From a virus, in the IMG/VR virus record IMGVR_UViG_3300017917_002644, positions 1-64,000 of that record: DNA of 64,000 nt. One strand, 5' to 3'. Shown piece after piece: positions 18,274 through 28,549 of this stretch. The notes below the pieces were generated by a model. It had not been told where the DNA came from. It saw nothing but the letters and a program-made list of their open reading frames with translations, and searched no databases. The position numbers were made by a program, and so were the translations under genes. Numbering within the stretch: position 1 is the first letter of the stretch; each line of letters begins with the position of its first letter.

Positions 18274-19061
18274 ATTGTTTTTGTATTATTAATTTTTTCA
18301 ATAATTGTTTCAAATACTAATTTATGTCCAATTTCGGAAGTATGGTATGACCCCATTTCATCTGGATATTTTTTTGATAATTCTCCCCAATCTACCCAAA
18401 TTAAATTTTCTCTTGGTATATAACGTTTAAATTCTGTATCCCACGTTAAAATATAATGTTTAATTCCTGCATTTTTTAATAAAGTATGTGCAAGTGTTAT
18501 CATTCCAATATCATATTGTCTTTGTATGCTTTCATCAAATATTTCTAAAAAATAATTTTTTAATAATCGCATACGTTCCGGTCTTTCATTTTTAAATTTA
18601 GTAAAATAATTTAAATCTAAACCTTTATCTAATACATTATCCACATAATCTACTATTCCTAAATAATTTTCAGTAAACATTTTTCCATTATATGATTTAT
18701 CGGATTGTAATGGATTCCTCAATATCATTGGATATGTATCTCTACCGTATGGTGGATATTGGTGATAATTTACATCCGTATTATTTAATTCCCAATGTTT
18801 ACTATGATGTTCATTTTCTGGAAACCATTCTGTTCTATTGTATGAAGTTATTGCAACACATACAAAATCTATATCCTTAATATTTTGAACCGCATATTTT
18901 GCTTGTAAAAATATTGAAAAATTTGAACTTGAACCTTTAGCAAGATTTATTAGATTTTTATCAAAATGATTTGCCAATAATGAACCATATGGTTCGGTTT
19001 TAAGATTGTAACATCCAATCCCAACACTAAATGAATCACCACAAACAACTATGTTTTTCAT
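18270..19061 (-). CDS. SGNH/GDSL-like hydrolase or acyltransferase
   Basis: VCGDSF, NLAKGSSSN, C-terminal HTSEIGH. Confidence 0.7.
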   Translation of the reverse strand: MKNIVVCGDSFSVGIGCYNLKTEPYGSLLANHFDKNLINLAKGSSSNFSIFLQAKYAVQNIKDIDFVCVAITSYNRTEWFPENEHHSKHWELNNTDVNYHQYPPYGRDTYPMILRNPLQSDKSYNGKMFTENYLGIVDYVDNVLDKGLDLNYFTKFKNERPERMRLLKNYFLEIFDESIQRQYDIGMITLAHTLLKNAGIKHYILTWDTEFKRYIPRENLIWVDWGELSKKYPDEMGSYHTSEIGHKLVFETIIEKINNTKTI

Positions 19062-19771
19062 AAACCTTTATTATAATTCCACCAATCTTCACTTATTTTA
19101 TGAAGTTCTTCAAACGATTTATCTAAATTATTTCTATGAGAACTTCTCATTATAGAATACTTTAAAACTTCATTTGGAATTTTCTCTACATAAATATCGT
19201 TTAAAACAAAATGTCTGGCTAAATGGTAATGTATATCTTTATAACTCAAATCACACATTGGAAATGTTAATATTGCATTTTTAACAGTTTCAAATTTTCC
19301 TAAAAACAACATGTCCTGTATAAACAATAATCCAGGTGGTGGAGAAAAACATATAGGTCCTAATGCATACAAATATTCGGTAGTTATATTTTCAATAAAT
19401 TTGTTTAGTGTATTTTCTTTGTTAAAAAATATATCAGGTCTGATTAATATAACATTTTCGTATTGAAAATCAGTAGTGTTTACCATATTAAATAGTTTTC
19501 TCCAATGATATACCATTTTATTACTATTAAAACTTATATATGGATTATCTTTTTCTATGCTTATTATAGCGTTTGGAAGTATTTTTAATATGCGTTCTTT
19601 AGTTACTGTTTCTATAATATCAATGTTTAACGCAGAATTTCTTTCATATGTTGTATCCCAAGTGCTAAAAAACACATCAGTTTCATCGTTATTTAAAAAA
19701 TTCCAAGATTTGTGAGAATTATCAAATTCTCTGTACATCCCACCTATTAGTACTGCTAATTTCTTTTTCAT
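19058..19771 (-). CDS. Putative glycosyltransferase-like protein (divergent member of the paralogue family)
   Basis: LAVLIGGMYR, FFSTW, YENVILIRPD, QD motifs shared with the family. Confidence 0.55.
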   Translation of the reverse strand: MKKKLAVLIGGMYREFDNSHKSWNFLNNDETDVFFSTWDTTYERNSALNIDIIETVTKERILKILPNAIISIEKDNPYISFNSNKMVYHWRKLFNMVNTTDFQYENVILIRPDIFFNKENTLNKFIENITTEYLYALGPICFSPPPGLLFIQDMLFLGKFETVKNAILTFPMCDLSYKDIHYHLARHFVLNDIYVEKIPNEVLKYSIMRSSHRNNLDKSFEELHKISEDWWNYNKGL

Positions 19772-20643
19772 ATCAAATTATTGAGTTTTATATAATTACT
19801 CAATTCTTCTGCCCATAGACGGTGTGAATCCGGAGAAGGGTGCCATCCATTGTATTTTTTTGTTAAAGTGGAATTATCTATAAAATTTTTAAATGTACTA
19901 ATTGGTAAATCTTTTTTGTAAAATCGAATTGGATTTATAGTTTCCCATAAAGAAGTATATTCAAACATATAAGTTTGTCTTGCATTATGGTTTGATTTTC
20001 TGTAAGAACATCCGTTTAATTTCAAATCTTTTAATTCATTTTTAACGTCCAAATCATTCCATTCACTTATATCTTTAGTAGGGGTTTGATAAAATGAATT
20101 AAAACATAACCATTTTATACCATTTGAATCACAAAAATTTTGAAGTTGTAATACATTCATAACATATCTTGTCATATATTCTTCAGAATTCCAAAAATAT
20201 GAAACATATAGTTCCCAAAATTTTTTCTGTTGTTCGGTTTCAAATATTGGAACTTGTGGCCATAACCTAAATCTGTAAGAAGTTTTTTCATCTTTGTACC
20301 AAAAAGAATTTCTTTCAGGAGAAGACCACCCAACTATTACTAACAAATTATCAGTTGATATATTTTTTGCTAAATAGTTTGATGAAATATATGTTATAGT
20401 TCTATTAAGTATTGTAGAATTATCATCGGCAGGCCATGCTAAATTTGTAACTTCTGCATCCATTAATTCTGCAAGGTGTGTTGGAAATATTTTAGGAATT
20501 CTGTAATTATCATTTTCTTCTAAAAAATCATATTCACCAACATAAGTTGTAGATGGATATCTTGCAACAATTGCAGGGTCTGCTATTTCGCATCCAAACA
20601 CCCAACTATCTCCATCGCATATTATTTTTAATCTATTATCCAT
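19768..20643 (-). CDS. SGNH-like hydrolase
   Basis: CDGDSWVFG, NLA..ADDN, IVGWSSPER, WHPSPDSH. Confidence 0.7.
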   Translation of the reverse strand: MDNRLKIICDGDSWVFGCEIADPAIVARYPSTTYVGEYDFLEENDNYRIPKIFPTHLAELMDAEVTNLAWPADDNSTILNRTITYISSNYLAKNISTDNLLVIVGWSSPERNSFWYKDEKTSYRFRLWPQVPIFETEQQKKFWELYVSYFWNSEEYMTRYVMNVLQLQNFCDSNGIKWLCFNSFYQTPTKDISEWNDLDVKNELKDLKLNGCSYRKSNHNARQTYMFEYTSLWETINPIRFYKKDLPISTFKNFIDNSTLTKKYNGWHPSPDSHRLWAEELSNYIKLNNLI

Positions 20644-21266
20644 TATACTAATTTACGATAAAAATTTGTATTTAACAAATGTTTTGCAAAACTTCTATGA
20701 CCTTCATAAGACCAGTGGTGGTCATTTATTTCTCCATTTGTTACATCTACTATTTTTTCAAAATTATTTATATTTTCTTCAACATCCCATATTAAACAAT
20801 TTTTAACTTTTTTTGTATTTAATAACAATTTTTGTAAAAAATTAAACCTATTTATATTTCTTTTTTTAAAAAGATTACTCTGCATTAAAGTTGAAACATA
20901 CGTTATGTGTTCTATTTCATTTTTAGAATATTCATTTACTAATAAATTTGATGGATTTGGTGCAATGGTTAGTAGTGATTCATCTTTACTGTTAGGTATA
21001 TCATATCTGTGGTGAAAACTCATTTCAATAATAACATAATCGTTTTCGTTTATTTTATCATACACATTCAAAATTGTATCAAATATTTTATCATTAGAAT
21101 ATCCACCCATTCCATAATTTATCAACTCATAACCAATTTGATTTGATATTATTTCAGGCCATATTAAATCATATTCATTGGATTTATATTTTTCTGTATA
21201 TTCTTCACCTACTAAACAACCATTTCCGGCTGTAAATGAACAACCAAATGCAAATAATTTATTCAT
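20643..21266 (-). CDS. SGNH-like hydrolase
   Basis: FGCSFTAG, NYGMGGYSN, DHHWSYEGH. Confidence 0.7.
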   Translation of the reverse strand: MNKLFAFGCSFTAGNGCLVGEEYTEKYKSNEYDLIWPEIISNQIGYELINYGMGGYSNDKIFDTILNVYDKINENDYVIIEMSFHHRYDIPNSKDESLLTIAPNPSNLLVNEYSKNEIEHITYVSTLMQSNLFKKRNINRFNFLQKLLLNTKKVKNCLIWDVEENINNFEKIVDVTNGEINDHHWSYEGHRSFAKHLLNTNFYRKLV

Positions 21267-22121
21267 CTATATAATTTTTTTTCTATTTTCTTCCGCAATT
21301 GTTATATTATTATAATAATCTCTGGATATTTTATAAATTTTATGCCAATCATTTAATCCATTTAACCCCAAATCTTCTGCTTCTTTTCTAACTACATAAT
21401 ATGGAATTGGTATTTCGCAATGTGGGTGTATGTTCCAAAGTTTTAAGTATCTATAAAGTAAAACGCCAGGACCACAAAAATTTTCAACATCTTCAATAAA
21501 ATGCCCATATTTTCTTTTTTCATCTGCTCTTTCTATAATATCTTTGTTCCATCTATACAAATTTGATATTATATCCATTGTTGGTGAATCCGAATAAAAA
21601 AACACATCATCAAATGATGGATAATTAAATTCGGTTGGAAATCTACCAAATGTGTTATTAACAGTATATGCCGTTAATGGATTTATTTTATGTAAATAAA
21701 ATTTTTTAAACGGTATCATTGGTTTTGCAAATCCATCCTGATAGTAGTTTATATCAAATCTGGTTTTTATTACCATATCGTAAACAAAATCGTTTTGTAT
21801 TTCGTATTGTTTTTTTAACCAAACACTTCTCATAAATGAATAAAAAAGTGCTTGCCAATTTCTACCATATTTTTCAAACGAATATTCATCATAATCCATT
21901 AATAACGGATTAAATGCTGCTTTTATTTCTTCTCTTTCATTTCCAATTATTTTATAATCTTTTTTTTGAGTTACAACTTCATTACTGTTTCTGTAAGTGT
22001 TTGTGTCCCACGTATGTATAAAATAATCAACATGAGCACCTATATTAAAATAACTTTTAATATTATCAATTGAGGTTCTCCATGTTCTCGGTTGTCCGCT
22101 TATACAAACTGCTATTCTCAT
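21267..22121 (-). CDS. Putative glycosyltransferase-like paralogue (start revised to 22121)
   Basis: MRIAVCISGQPR, FIHTW, YDMVIKTRFD, FDD. Confidence 0.6.
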   Translation of the reverse strand: MRIAVCISGQPRTWRTSIDNIKSYFNIGAHVDYFIHTWDTNTYRNSNEVVTQKKDYKIIGNEREEIKAAFNPLLMDYDEYSFEKYGRNWQALFYSFMRSVWLKKQYEIQNDFVYDMVIKTRFDINYYQDGFAKPMIPFKKFYLHKINPLTAYTVNNTFGRFPTEFNYPSFDDVFFYSDSPTMDIISNLYRWNKDIIERADEKRKYGHFIEDVENFCGPGVLLYRYLKLWNIHPHCEIPIPYYVVRKEAEDLGLNGLNDWHKIYKISRDYYNNITIAEENRKKII

Positions 22122-22122
22122 A

Positions 22123-23061
22123 TTATTTTTTAATAAGTTCATCTACATACGTTGTATTTAGAACTGTTCTATCAAATATATTTTCTTTAATTTCGTATTT
22201 TTCTTTTAATTCAGTTACAAACAATTTTTCATCGGTAGTTTTTGCATCTTTATAATAATACGCATCACATTCAAAGCATTTCATATACTCATCTATTGGA
22301 GAATATTTTAAACATTCTTTTCTATAAATTGTATAACTAGTTTCTCCAGCATGAAATTTTGTTCTACCTACCATGTCTAATACTTTTATAGAATTATCAT
22401 ATAAATGTCTTACAAATCCATATTTTGGTAATTCTCTATTTAATCTATATTCTTGCAAATATTTTTGATTGTATTCTAAAAAATACTTCGAAGCAACATT
22501 CATTACATCTGAATTTGAAAAGAATAAAACATCATCTACAAATTCACTATTTATATCAACATCAGATTCTGTGTTTTCTATAAAAATTCCATCATTATTT
22601 TCATCAAATAATTCTAATAAGTATTTTAATTTTCTTTGGTTCGGAAATATAATATCAGGTCTTAATTTTAATACATAATCATATTGAAAATTGTGTTTTA
22701 ATTCATAATCCGTTTTATATTCAACACTTTTCATAAATGAATACCAAAATGGTTGTATTGGACCAAATAATTCGTAATTATTTGTTTCAACAACTGCCTC
22801 TTTTTTTATGGTTTCATTATAATTTTCTATTTTAAATACTTTTGGATTATATATTTCTTTTATTTTTTCTATTGTTAAATCATCTAAATAACTTTCTCTA
22901 CTACCTATTATAGAACCATTGTAATTTCTATCTTTATTTCTATCCCAAGTGTGTATAAAAAAATCACAGTTTGAATACAAATCTCCTAAAAAAGATTTAA
23001 TATTTTCATGCGTATATAATCCGGTTCTAAATTGCCCACTAAAACAAACTGCTATTTTCAT
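22123..23061 (-). CDS. Putative glycosyltransferase-like paralogue
   Basis: MKIAVCFSGQFR, FIHTW, YDYVLKLRPD, VDD. Confidence 0.6.
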   Translation of the reverse strand: MKIAVCFSGQFRTGLYTHENIKSFLGDLYSNCDFFIHTWDRNKDRNYNGSIIGSRESYLDDLTIEKIKEIYNPKVFKIENYNETIKKEAVVETNNYELFGPIQPFWYSFMKSVEYKTDYELKHNFQYDYVLKLRPDIIFPNQRKLKYLLELFDENNDGIFIENTESDVDINSEFVDDVLFFSNSDVMNVASKYFLEYNQKYLQEYRLNRELPKYGFVRHLYDNSIKVLDMVGRTKFHAGETSYTIYRKECLKYSPIDEYMKCFECDAYYYKDAKTTDEKLFVTELKEKYEIKENIFDRTVLNTTYVDELIKK

Positions 23062-23873
23062 AAATCGAAATAAAGTAAATTATTATTTTTTCTGTAAATA
23101 ATTTCATCCAATGATAATGGAACGTCATTCATAAAATATCTGTAAACTATAAAATCATTTTTTATTAATGAATTTATTATTATGTTATTCTTCATAACGT
23201 AATTAAAATGTAGTATTTGTCTATCTATTTGGTTATAAAAATTTTCAATATCCCAATCTACAAATCCTGTAGCCACATCCATAACTTTTGAATTTCCTAA
23301 AAAATGAACATCTTCTATTTTTATATCTGCTTCAGGAACATTTTTTGTATCCCATCTATAAACAGTTAATATATTAGATTCTAAATCAATATTTTTAATA
23401 TCCTTTTTTAATTTTCTATTAGAATCAAATGCAATATCCGGTCTTAAATGTATAACTAAATCATAAACAAAATTATTTTTTAACTCATAATTTTGTTTTA
23501 ACTTATTAACTTCATACCAACTCCAATATATTGGTGGTATTCCACATAGTTCTGCTTTTTTATTTTTTTGAAAATACTCATTTTGATTATCAATCGTAAA
23601 AATTTTAGGATTGTATATTTTTAAAAAATTATCTATTTTTGATTTTTCTAAAATTTTAAAAGGTATTTTTTCAATTTCTTCTCTTAAAGGTCTATCTGCA
23701 GTTGTTGCATATTTTGGATGTTCAACTACTTCACAAAATGCAACCGTTTCTATATCCCATGTATGAATAAAAAAATCAGTATTGGGTAATAATTCATCTA
23801 TGTAGTTTAGTAAACTATCTGAACATTCTATTCCCGTTCTAATTTGTCCACTAAAGCAAACTGCTATCTTCAT
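23058..23873 (-). CDS. Putative glycosyltransferase-like paralogue
   Basis: MKIAVCFSGQIR, FIHTW, YDLVIHLRPD, IED. Confidence 0.6.
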   Translation of the reverse strand: MKIAVCFSGQIRTGIECSDSLLNYIDELLPNTDFFIHTWDIETVAFCEVVEHPKYATTADRPLREEIEKIPFKILEKSKIDNFLKIYNPKIFTIDNQNEYFQKNKKAELCGIPPIYWSWYEVNKLKQNYELKNNFVYDLVIHLRPDIAFDSNRKLKKDIKNIDLESNILTVYRWDTKNVPEADIKIEDVHFLGNSKVMDVATGFVDWDIENFYNQIDRQILHFNYVMKNNIIINSLIKNDFIVYRYFMNDVPLSLDEIIYRKNNNLLYFDL

Positions 23874-25616
23874 ATAAATTTTCTTCTCTTATTATCTCCA
23901 CATTCATATCTGAACGAATATTTTTAATATCAAACATTCTAATAAAATATCCAAAAACTTCCTCTATTTTAACACCTTTATCAAATACAGATTCAGGTAA
24001 AATTGGTAACCAATTATAAAATGAAGTTAGTATATCATATGTTTGAGAATCTGCATAAAAAAATATATCACCAACTAAATCATGAGGGAATGTATGAATA
24101 TTTGCACTATGCATACTATATATAGTTTTTTTCTTTAATGGTAATTCTAATTCATTTATAACAATATTTCTATCTTGGGGATTTAGTTTTCCATCAAATC
24201 TAAATTTTATACACATATCATACTCAAATTCATTTTCAATTTCATGCTGCCTTTTTAAATGTGCACATTTCATAAAACTATATAGTTGAGGTGCAGACCA
24301 ACTAACAACTGCCCCATTTGTGTTTTTATATTTAATTGCAGCTGTATCTATAAAATCTTTTCTACCATCACATATTGTATAATCTTCAATAAGATATTTT
24401 ACAGGATTTAATTTATAAATTAAATCATTAATTTCATTATCTTCTATTTTATAGTATTTTCTTGCCCAATTTATTTGAGGAAATCCCAAATCATGCCATT
24501 TGTGAGGTGGTATAGTGTTAAAATTCCAAGTGTGAATAAAATAATCAACTTGTATATTTTTACCATCAAATTTGGGATGTTTTTTAATTCCTTCAAATAA
24601 TAACTCCCAAGACTGATAACATTCTTTCCAAGTTCTAATCTGTCCACTTATACAAAATGCAATTTTCATATTAAATTTTTATTTTTAGGTATTTCATCAA
24701 TATAATAAAAATCACCACCAAATATATCTTCTATATTATCTTCAACTTGATGTGTAAGTTTTAAATCTTGTACAAAAAATTTACCTGAATGTGGTTTGTT
24801 TCCACTCGCACCAAAATAGTAATCATCACATAACCAACATTTTTCAAATTCTTCTAACGGAGATAAATGTAAACATTCGTTTCTGTATATTGAATATTTG
24901 TAATCAATTCCAGCATATTCTGCATATAAATTATTTTCTATTATATTAATATTGTTTTCTATTAAATAACGAGGAAGCCCATATCCAAACGGCCATCCTT
25001 TGGAAAAATTATTTATATTTATGTTATTTCTTAAATTATAATAATAATCACCTACAATATTCATATTTTTGGAATTTGATATAAAATATACATCATCTAT
25101 AAAATGAACATCTGTGTTAATAATTTGTTGTCTATTTTCTATGTATAGATTGGGTGTATTTTTAAAATTTCCTAATTCTATTTCTGTTTTTAAATTTCTA
25201 ATTGGTGGAAAAATAATATCAGTTCTTAATTTAATAACATAATCATATTCAAAATTATTTTGAATTTCATATTCTTTTTTATATTCCATACTTTTTGATA
25301 ATGAGTACCACATTGGTGGTATTAATTGTTTTAAAGTAAATCCTGCAATTGATTCATTATCTATTTTGGAAACCGTATTCCAATTTTCAACTACTATTTT
25401 TTTGGGATTATATACTTTTATTATATCATCAATAGTAGATTGTTTTAATTCTGTTGGTTTACTTATAATTCTAGTTGCATTATAGTTTTTTTTAGTTTCT
25501 ACATCCCATGTATGAATAAAAAAATCAGTATATGGAAATAAATCACCTATAAATCTTAATAAATTTTCCGATGCTTCTACGCCTGTTCTAATTTGTCCAC
25601 TAAAGCAAACTGCTAT
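23754..25616. repeat. Identical DNA blocks shared by the 5' ends of the paralogues
   Basis: 32 bp GTTCTAATTTGTCCACTAAAGCAAACTGCTAT at 23836-23867 and 25585-25616; 29 bp ATCCCATGTATGAATAAAAAAATCAGTAT at 23754-23782 and 25503-25531. Confidence 0.85.
23851..24669 (-). CDS. Putative glycosyltransferase-like paralogue
   Basis: MKIAFCISGQIR, FIHTW, YDMCIKFRFD, VGD. Confidence 0.6.
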   Translation of the reverse strand: MKIAFCISGQIRTWKECYQSWELLFEGIKKHPKFDGKNIQVDYFIHTWNFNTIPPHKWHDLGFPQINWARKYYKIEDNEINDLIYKLNPVKYLIEDYTICDGRKDFIDTAAIKYKNTNGAVVSWSAPQLYSFMKCAHLKRQHEIENEFEYDMCIKFRFDGKLNPQDRNIVINELELPLKKKTIYSMHSANIHTFPHDLVGDIFFYADSQTYDILTSFYNWLPILPESVFDKGVKIEEVFGYFIRMFDIKNIRSDMNVEIIREENLYEDSSLL

Positions 25617-25622
25617 TCTCAT
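24666..25622 (-). CDS. Putative glycosyltransferase-like paralogue
   Basis: MRIAVCFSGQIR, FIHTW, YDYVIKLRTD, IDD. Confidence 0.6.
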   Translation of the reverse strand: MRIAVCFSGQIRTGVEASENLLRFIGDLFPYTDFFIHTWDVETKKNYNATRIISKPTELKQSTIDDIIKVYNPKKIVVENWNTVSKIDNESIAGFTLKQLIPPMWYSLSKSMEYKKEYEIQNNFEYDYVIKLRTDIIFPPIRNLKTEIELGNFKNTPNLYIENRQQIINTDVHFIDDVYFISNSKNMNIVGDYYYNLRNNININNFSKGWPFGYGLPRYLIENNINIIENNLYAEYAGIDYKYSIYRNECLHLSPLEEFEKCWLCDDYYFGASGNKPHSGKFFVQDLKLTHQVEDNIEDIFGGDFYYIDEIPKNKNLI

Positions 25623-26380
25623 AATAAATGTGTATCAAATGGTGAAATATTTTGTTCTAAATGATAATCTCTATATATGTAAAGTTTATTTTTTTCAAAC
25701 CCACTTACTCTTATATTAAATTTATCTAAATATTCTTTAGAATGAATTTGCCAATCAACCGCTATTTTTTGAATATTTGTTTCCCTTTCTAATAAAAAAT
25801 CACACATTATATCCATAATTTTTGATGAAGAAATCCAACATATGTCTTCTATTTGTGTTGGTAATTTATTCCAATAATCACAAGTATAAAACAACATTTT
25901 ATCTTTCATACAGTGTTCTATTTCAGATAACAAAGTATGTCCGTTCTCATATACAACATCAAATCTCATCCTAATTACAAAATCATATTCAATTTTATTT
26001 TGTTTTTCATAATTAATTTTTAATTGATTACATTCGTAAATACTATGAAACATTGGTATTAAACCGGCTATAAGTCCATTGTTTTCTTTTATTATTTTTT
26101 TTTCTCTATATTTTTTATATTCTTCTACACTATCAATTCTAATATTTTTTGGTTTATATATTTTTTTTATTTTTTCAATTTTGTAAGGATTTACAACAAA
26201 TATATCGTTGATAACGGATTTATCTCTCCCATTTAATGCGTGTAAAGATATAGTTTCTGTATTCCAAGTGTGAATAAAAAAATCAGTATATGGTAATAAC
26301 TCACCTATAAATCTTAATATGTTTGGAGAAACTTCTATACCTGTTCTAATTTGACCACTTAAACAAACGGCAATTCTCAT
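25619..26380 (-). CDS. Putative glycosyltransferase-like paralogue
   Basis: MRIAVCLSGQIR, FIHTW, YDFVIRMRFD, IED. Confidence 0.6.
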   Translation of the reverse strand: MRIAVCLSGQIRTGIEVSPNILRFIGELLPYTDFFIHTWNTETISLHALNGRDKSVINDIFVVNPYKIEKIKKIYKPKNIRIDSVEEYKKYREKKIIKENNGLIAGLIPMFHSIYECNQLKINYEKQNKIEYDFVIRMRFDVVYENGHTLLSEIEHCMKDKMLFYTCDYWNKLPTQIEDICWISSSKIMDIMCDFLLERETNIQKIAVDWQIHSKEYLDKFNIRVSGFEKNKLYIYRDYHLEQNISPFDTHLL

Positions 26381-26381
26381 G

Positions 26382-27137
26382 TTAAAAATGTATATTATTT
26401 TCTATGTAAAGTTGAGGATAATTACCGTTTCCAGTCATATCCCATAATTTATATCTGTTGTAATTATTAAAATCACAAAATACTTTATAATTTTCTTTAT
26501 TTGGAATTAATTTATTTAATATTGGCAACCCTTTAAATGTATCAATTTCTATATAATCTTTTTCATATTTATCTATTACTTCTGTTATTTCTTTGATAGT
26601 TAAACATTTATCCAAACATATTAATAACTCATATTCGAAATCACCAACACTTTTATAAAACGGGTCATCACTCATCATACTACCACACCCTAACCATATT
26701 AATGCTTCTGTAAAGGTATCTTTTTCTAAAGATGAATATTCAATTTTACACTTTTCTTCTTCATTAATGTACAATTTTATCATTTTAGAATTGGTATCGC
26801 ATATCATTGTATATCTATTAACAGTATCTTCAACATCCAAAGGTAATATAGATGTTTCCTCTCTCATAATACCATTTTTGTTTTCATCTAAAAACCAATA
26901 CGTTAAATTAACTGCTATTTCGTTTTTTTCAGTTAAAATAGCGGATAATCCAACATGTCTACCATTTCTACAAAAGAAAAAAGATGGATATTCTTTTTTT
27001 AATGCTTCTTTGTATATTTTTGTTTCTACAACAATTGTAAAATCTTCCTCCATAAATCCACCAATATCTTCCGATAATTCGTATTTTGATTTTGGAGTTA
27101 TACAAAAAATATTATTTTCATTTATTCTTAAACTCAT
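26382..27137 (-). CDS. Stand-alone LamG/concanavalin-like domain protein
   Basis: IKLYIN, IWLG, CLTIKEI, KLWDMTGNGN; parallels the inserts in the neighbouring GT7 genes. Confidence 0.55.
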   Translation of the reverse strand: MSLRINENNIFCITPKSKYELSEDIGGFMEEDFTIVVETKIYKEALKKEYPSFFFCRNGRHVGLSAILTEKNEIAVNLTYWFLDENKNGIMREETSILPLDVEDTVNRYTMICDTNSKMIKLYINEEEKCKIEYSSLEKDTFTEALIWLGCGSMMSDDPFYKSVGDFEYELLICLDKCLTIKEITEVIDKYEKDYIEIDTFKGLPILNKLIPNKENYKVFCDFNNYNRYKLWDMTGNGNYPQLYIENNIHF

Positions 27138-28546
27138 AGTTGTATTGTTTTACAAAAATTATAAAATTCTTCTAATTCTGGAAAAGTTTTTACAAAATCA
27201 GTTCCTCTCCTAACATCGTGTTCTGAAAAGAACTTATAAAAACTGTATCTGTTTTTCATTTGTTGAATCGGGTCTTGTGGTGCAACCATCCAATCATATA
27301 TTCTTTTTACCTTTTGAACTTCAACATCACTATACCCAATATGTCTTGCATCAAATGATGGTGTTGCATAATATGAAATTAATTTACTTTGTTCAATTAT
27401 GTATTTAGAAAAATCATGAGGTAATACCTGAACTGTTTGGTGTAATGGATATCTTAAATAAGATGAATCTAAAAATGTTGCAGAATTCCAATATCTATCA
27501 GCACTTGCATATTCATCTTTTAATTTATAAACTTCGGTAATTAATTTATTATAGTTAAACAAACTCAATGCATTGTAGGTAGACATAAATGTTAAATTTG
27601 TTCTGTTTAATGATTTTAGAATTTTATTTACATTATCCCAAAATCTATTAAATTCCAATCCACTTCTAATGTATTCCGCCTGCTCTCCCCACGTATCTAC
27701 TGATGTAAAAATTACAACCTCTTTAACTCTACCCTCATCTTCAATTCGTTTTATCTTTTCAATTAGTTTATCTACTAATTTATCTGGAACTCCCAAATTA
27801 GAATTTATTGCCAGTTTTAGTTCTCTATTTGGATTTGGTTCATTTATGATATGGTCTAAAATTCCCCAAGTGTCTTTACTCATTAGTGGTTCTCCACCCG
27901 TTATTCTAAATGTATGTAAATCTCTATATAGTTCAGGCCACCATTTCCAAAATGCTTCTACATATGGGTTATATTCGGAATGTTTGATTGGCATTTTATT
28001 TTCCCTAATCATCCATTCAGTTTCATTAAAATTATCTAAAGTTGGATACCCTCCATATTTTTCAATTTCTTCTACCCATTTAGAACTATATGCAGGTCCA
28101 CAATAAGAACATTTAAAATTACAAGCATTTGAAAATGCAACCTCAACATATTTTGGATTATAATCTGCTCTCCAATCAGAATTTATAATTTCATCTTTAA
28201 ATGGTAATGACCAACTTTCTCCGGATTTAAAAATTCTATCCGAAAAACGGTCTGAATTATCTTCCACATTCCAACAATAATCACATTCTGTTGGTCTTGC
28301 ACCACTCAACATTTCTTTTCTTTTTAATTTTTTAAATTTAGTGTTGTGAAGTGCTGATGGATTTCTTGCTATTTCTGTTTGTGAAATTTTATGAGTCGCG
28401 GGGTGGTGGCAAGAATGGTTATGCCCACTTTGTAGTTGTAAAGTTACCTGTGTCCATTTTGCTAAACACATACCCGGTCCTACTGAATCTAACTCACTTT
28501 TTAATTTAACATAAAAAGGATTATCAAAACTATTACTCTCTCCCAT
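27134..28546 (-). CDS. Radical SAM protein with N-terminal Cys-rich (Twitch/SPASM-like) segment
   Basis: CNFKCSYC, ITGGEP; CLAKW..SCHH..CDYCW. Confidence 0.88.
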   Translation of the reverse strand: MGESNSFDNPFYVKLKSELDSVGPGMCLAKWTQVTLQLQSGHNHSCHHPATHKISQTEIARNPSALHNTKFKKLKRKEMLSGARPTECDYCWNVEDNSDRFSDRIFKSGESWSLPFKDEIINSDWRADYNPKYVEVAFSNACNFKCSYCGPAYSSKWVEEIEKYGGYPTLDNFNETEWMIRENKMPIKHSEYNPYVEAFWKWWPELYRDLHTFRITGGEPLMSKDTWGILDHIINEPNPNRELKLAINSNLGVPDKLVDKLIEKIKRIEDEGRVKEVVIFTSVDTWGEQAEYIRSGLEFNRFWDNVNKILKSLNRTNLTFMSTYNALSLFNYNKLITEVYKLKDEYASADRYWNSATFLDSSYLRYPLHQTVQVLPHDFSKYIIEQSKLISYYATPSFDARHIGYSDVEVQKVKRIYDWMVAPQDPIQQMKNRYSFYKFFSEHDVRRGTDFVKTFPELEEFYNFCKTIQL

Positions 28547-28549
28547 AAC

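Noticed and set aside
21267-26380. CRISPR array or diversity-generating retroelement suggested by ~30-bp repeats
   Set aside because: The repeats are coding 5' ends of paralogues about 0.8-1.7 kb apart; no spacers, cas genes, reverse transcriptase or adenine-specific mismatch pattern.
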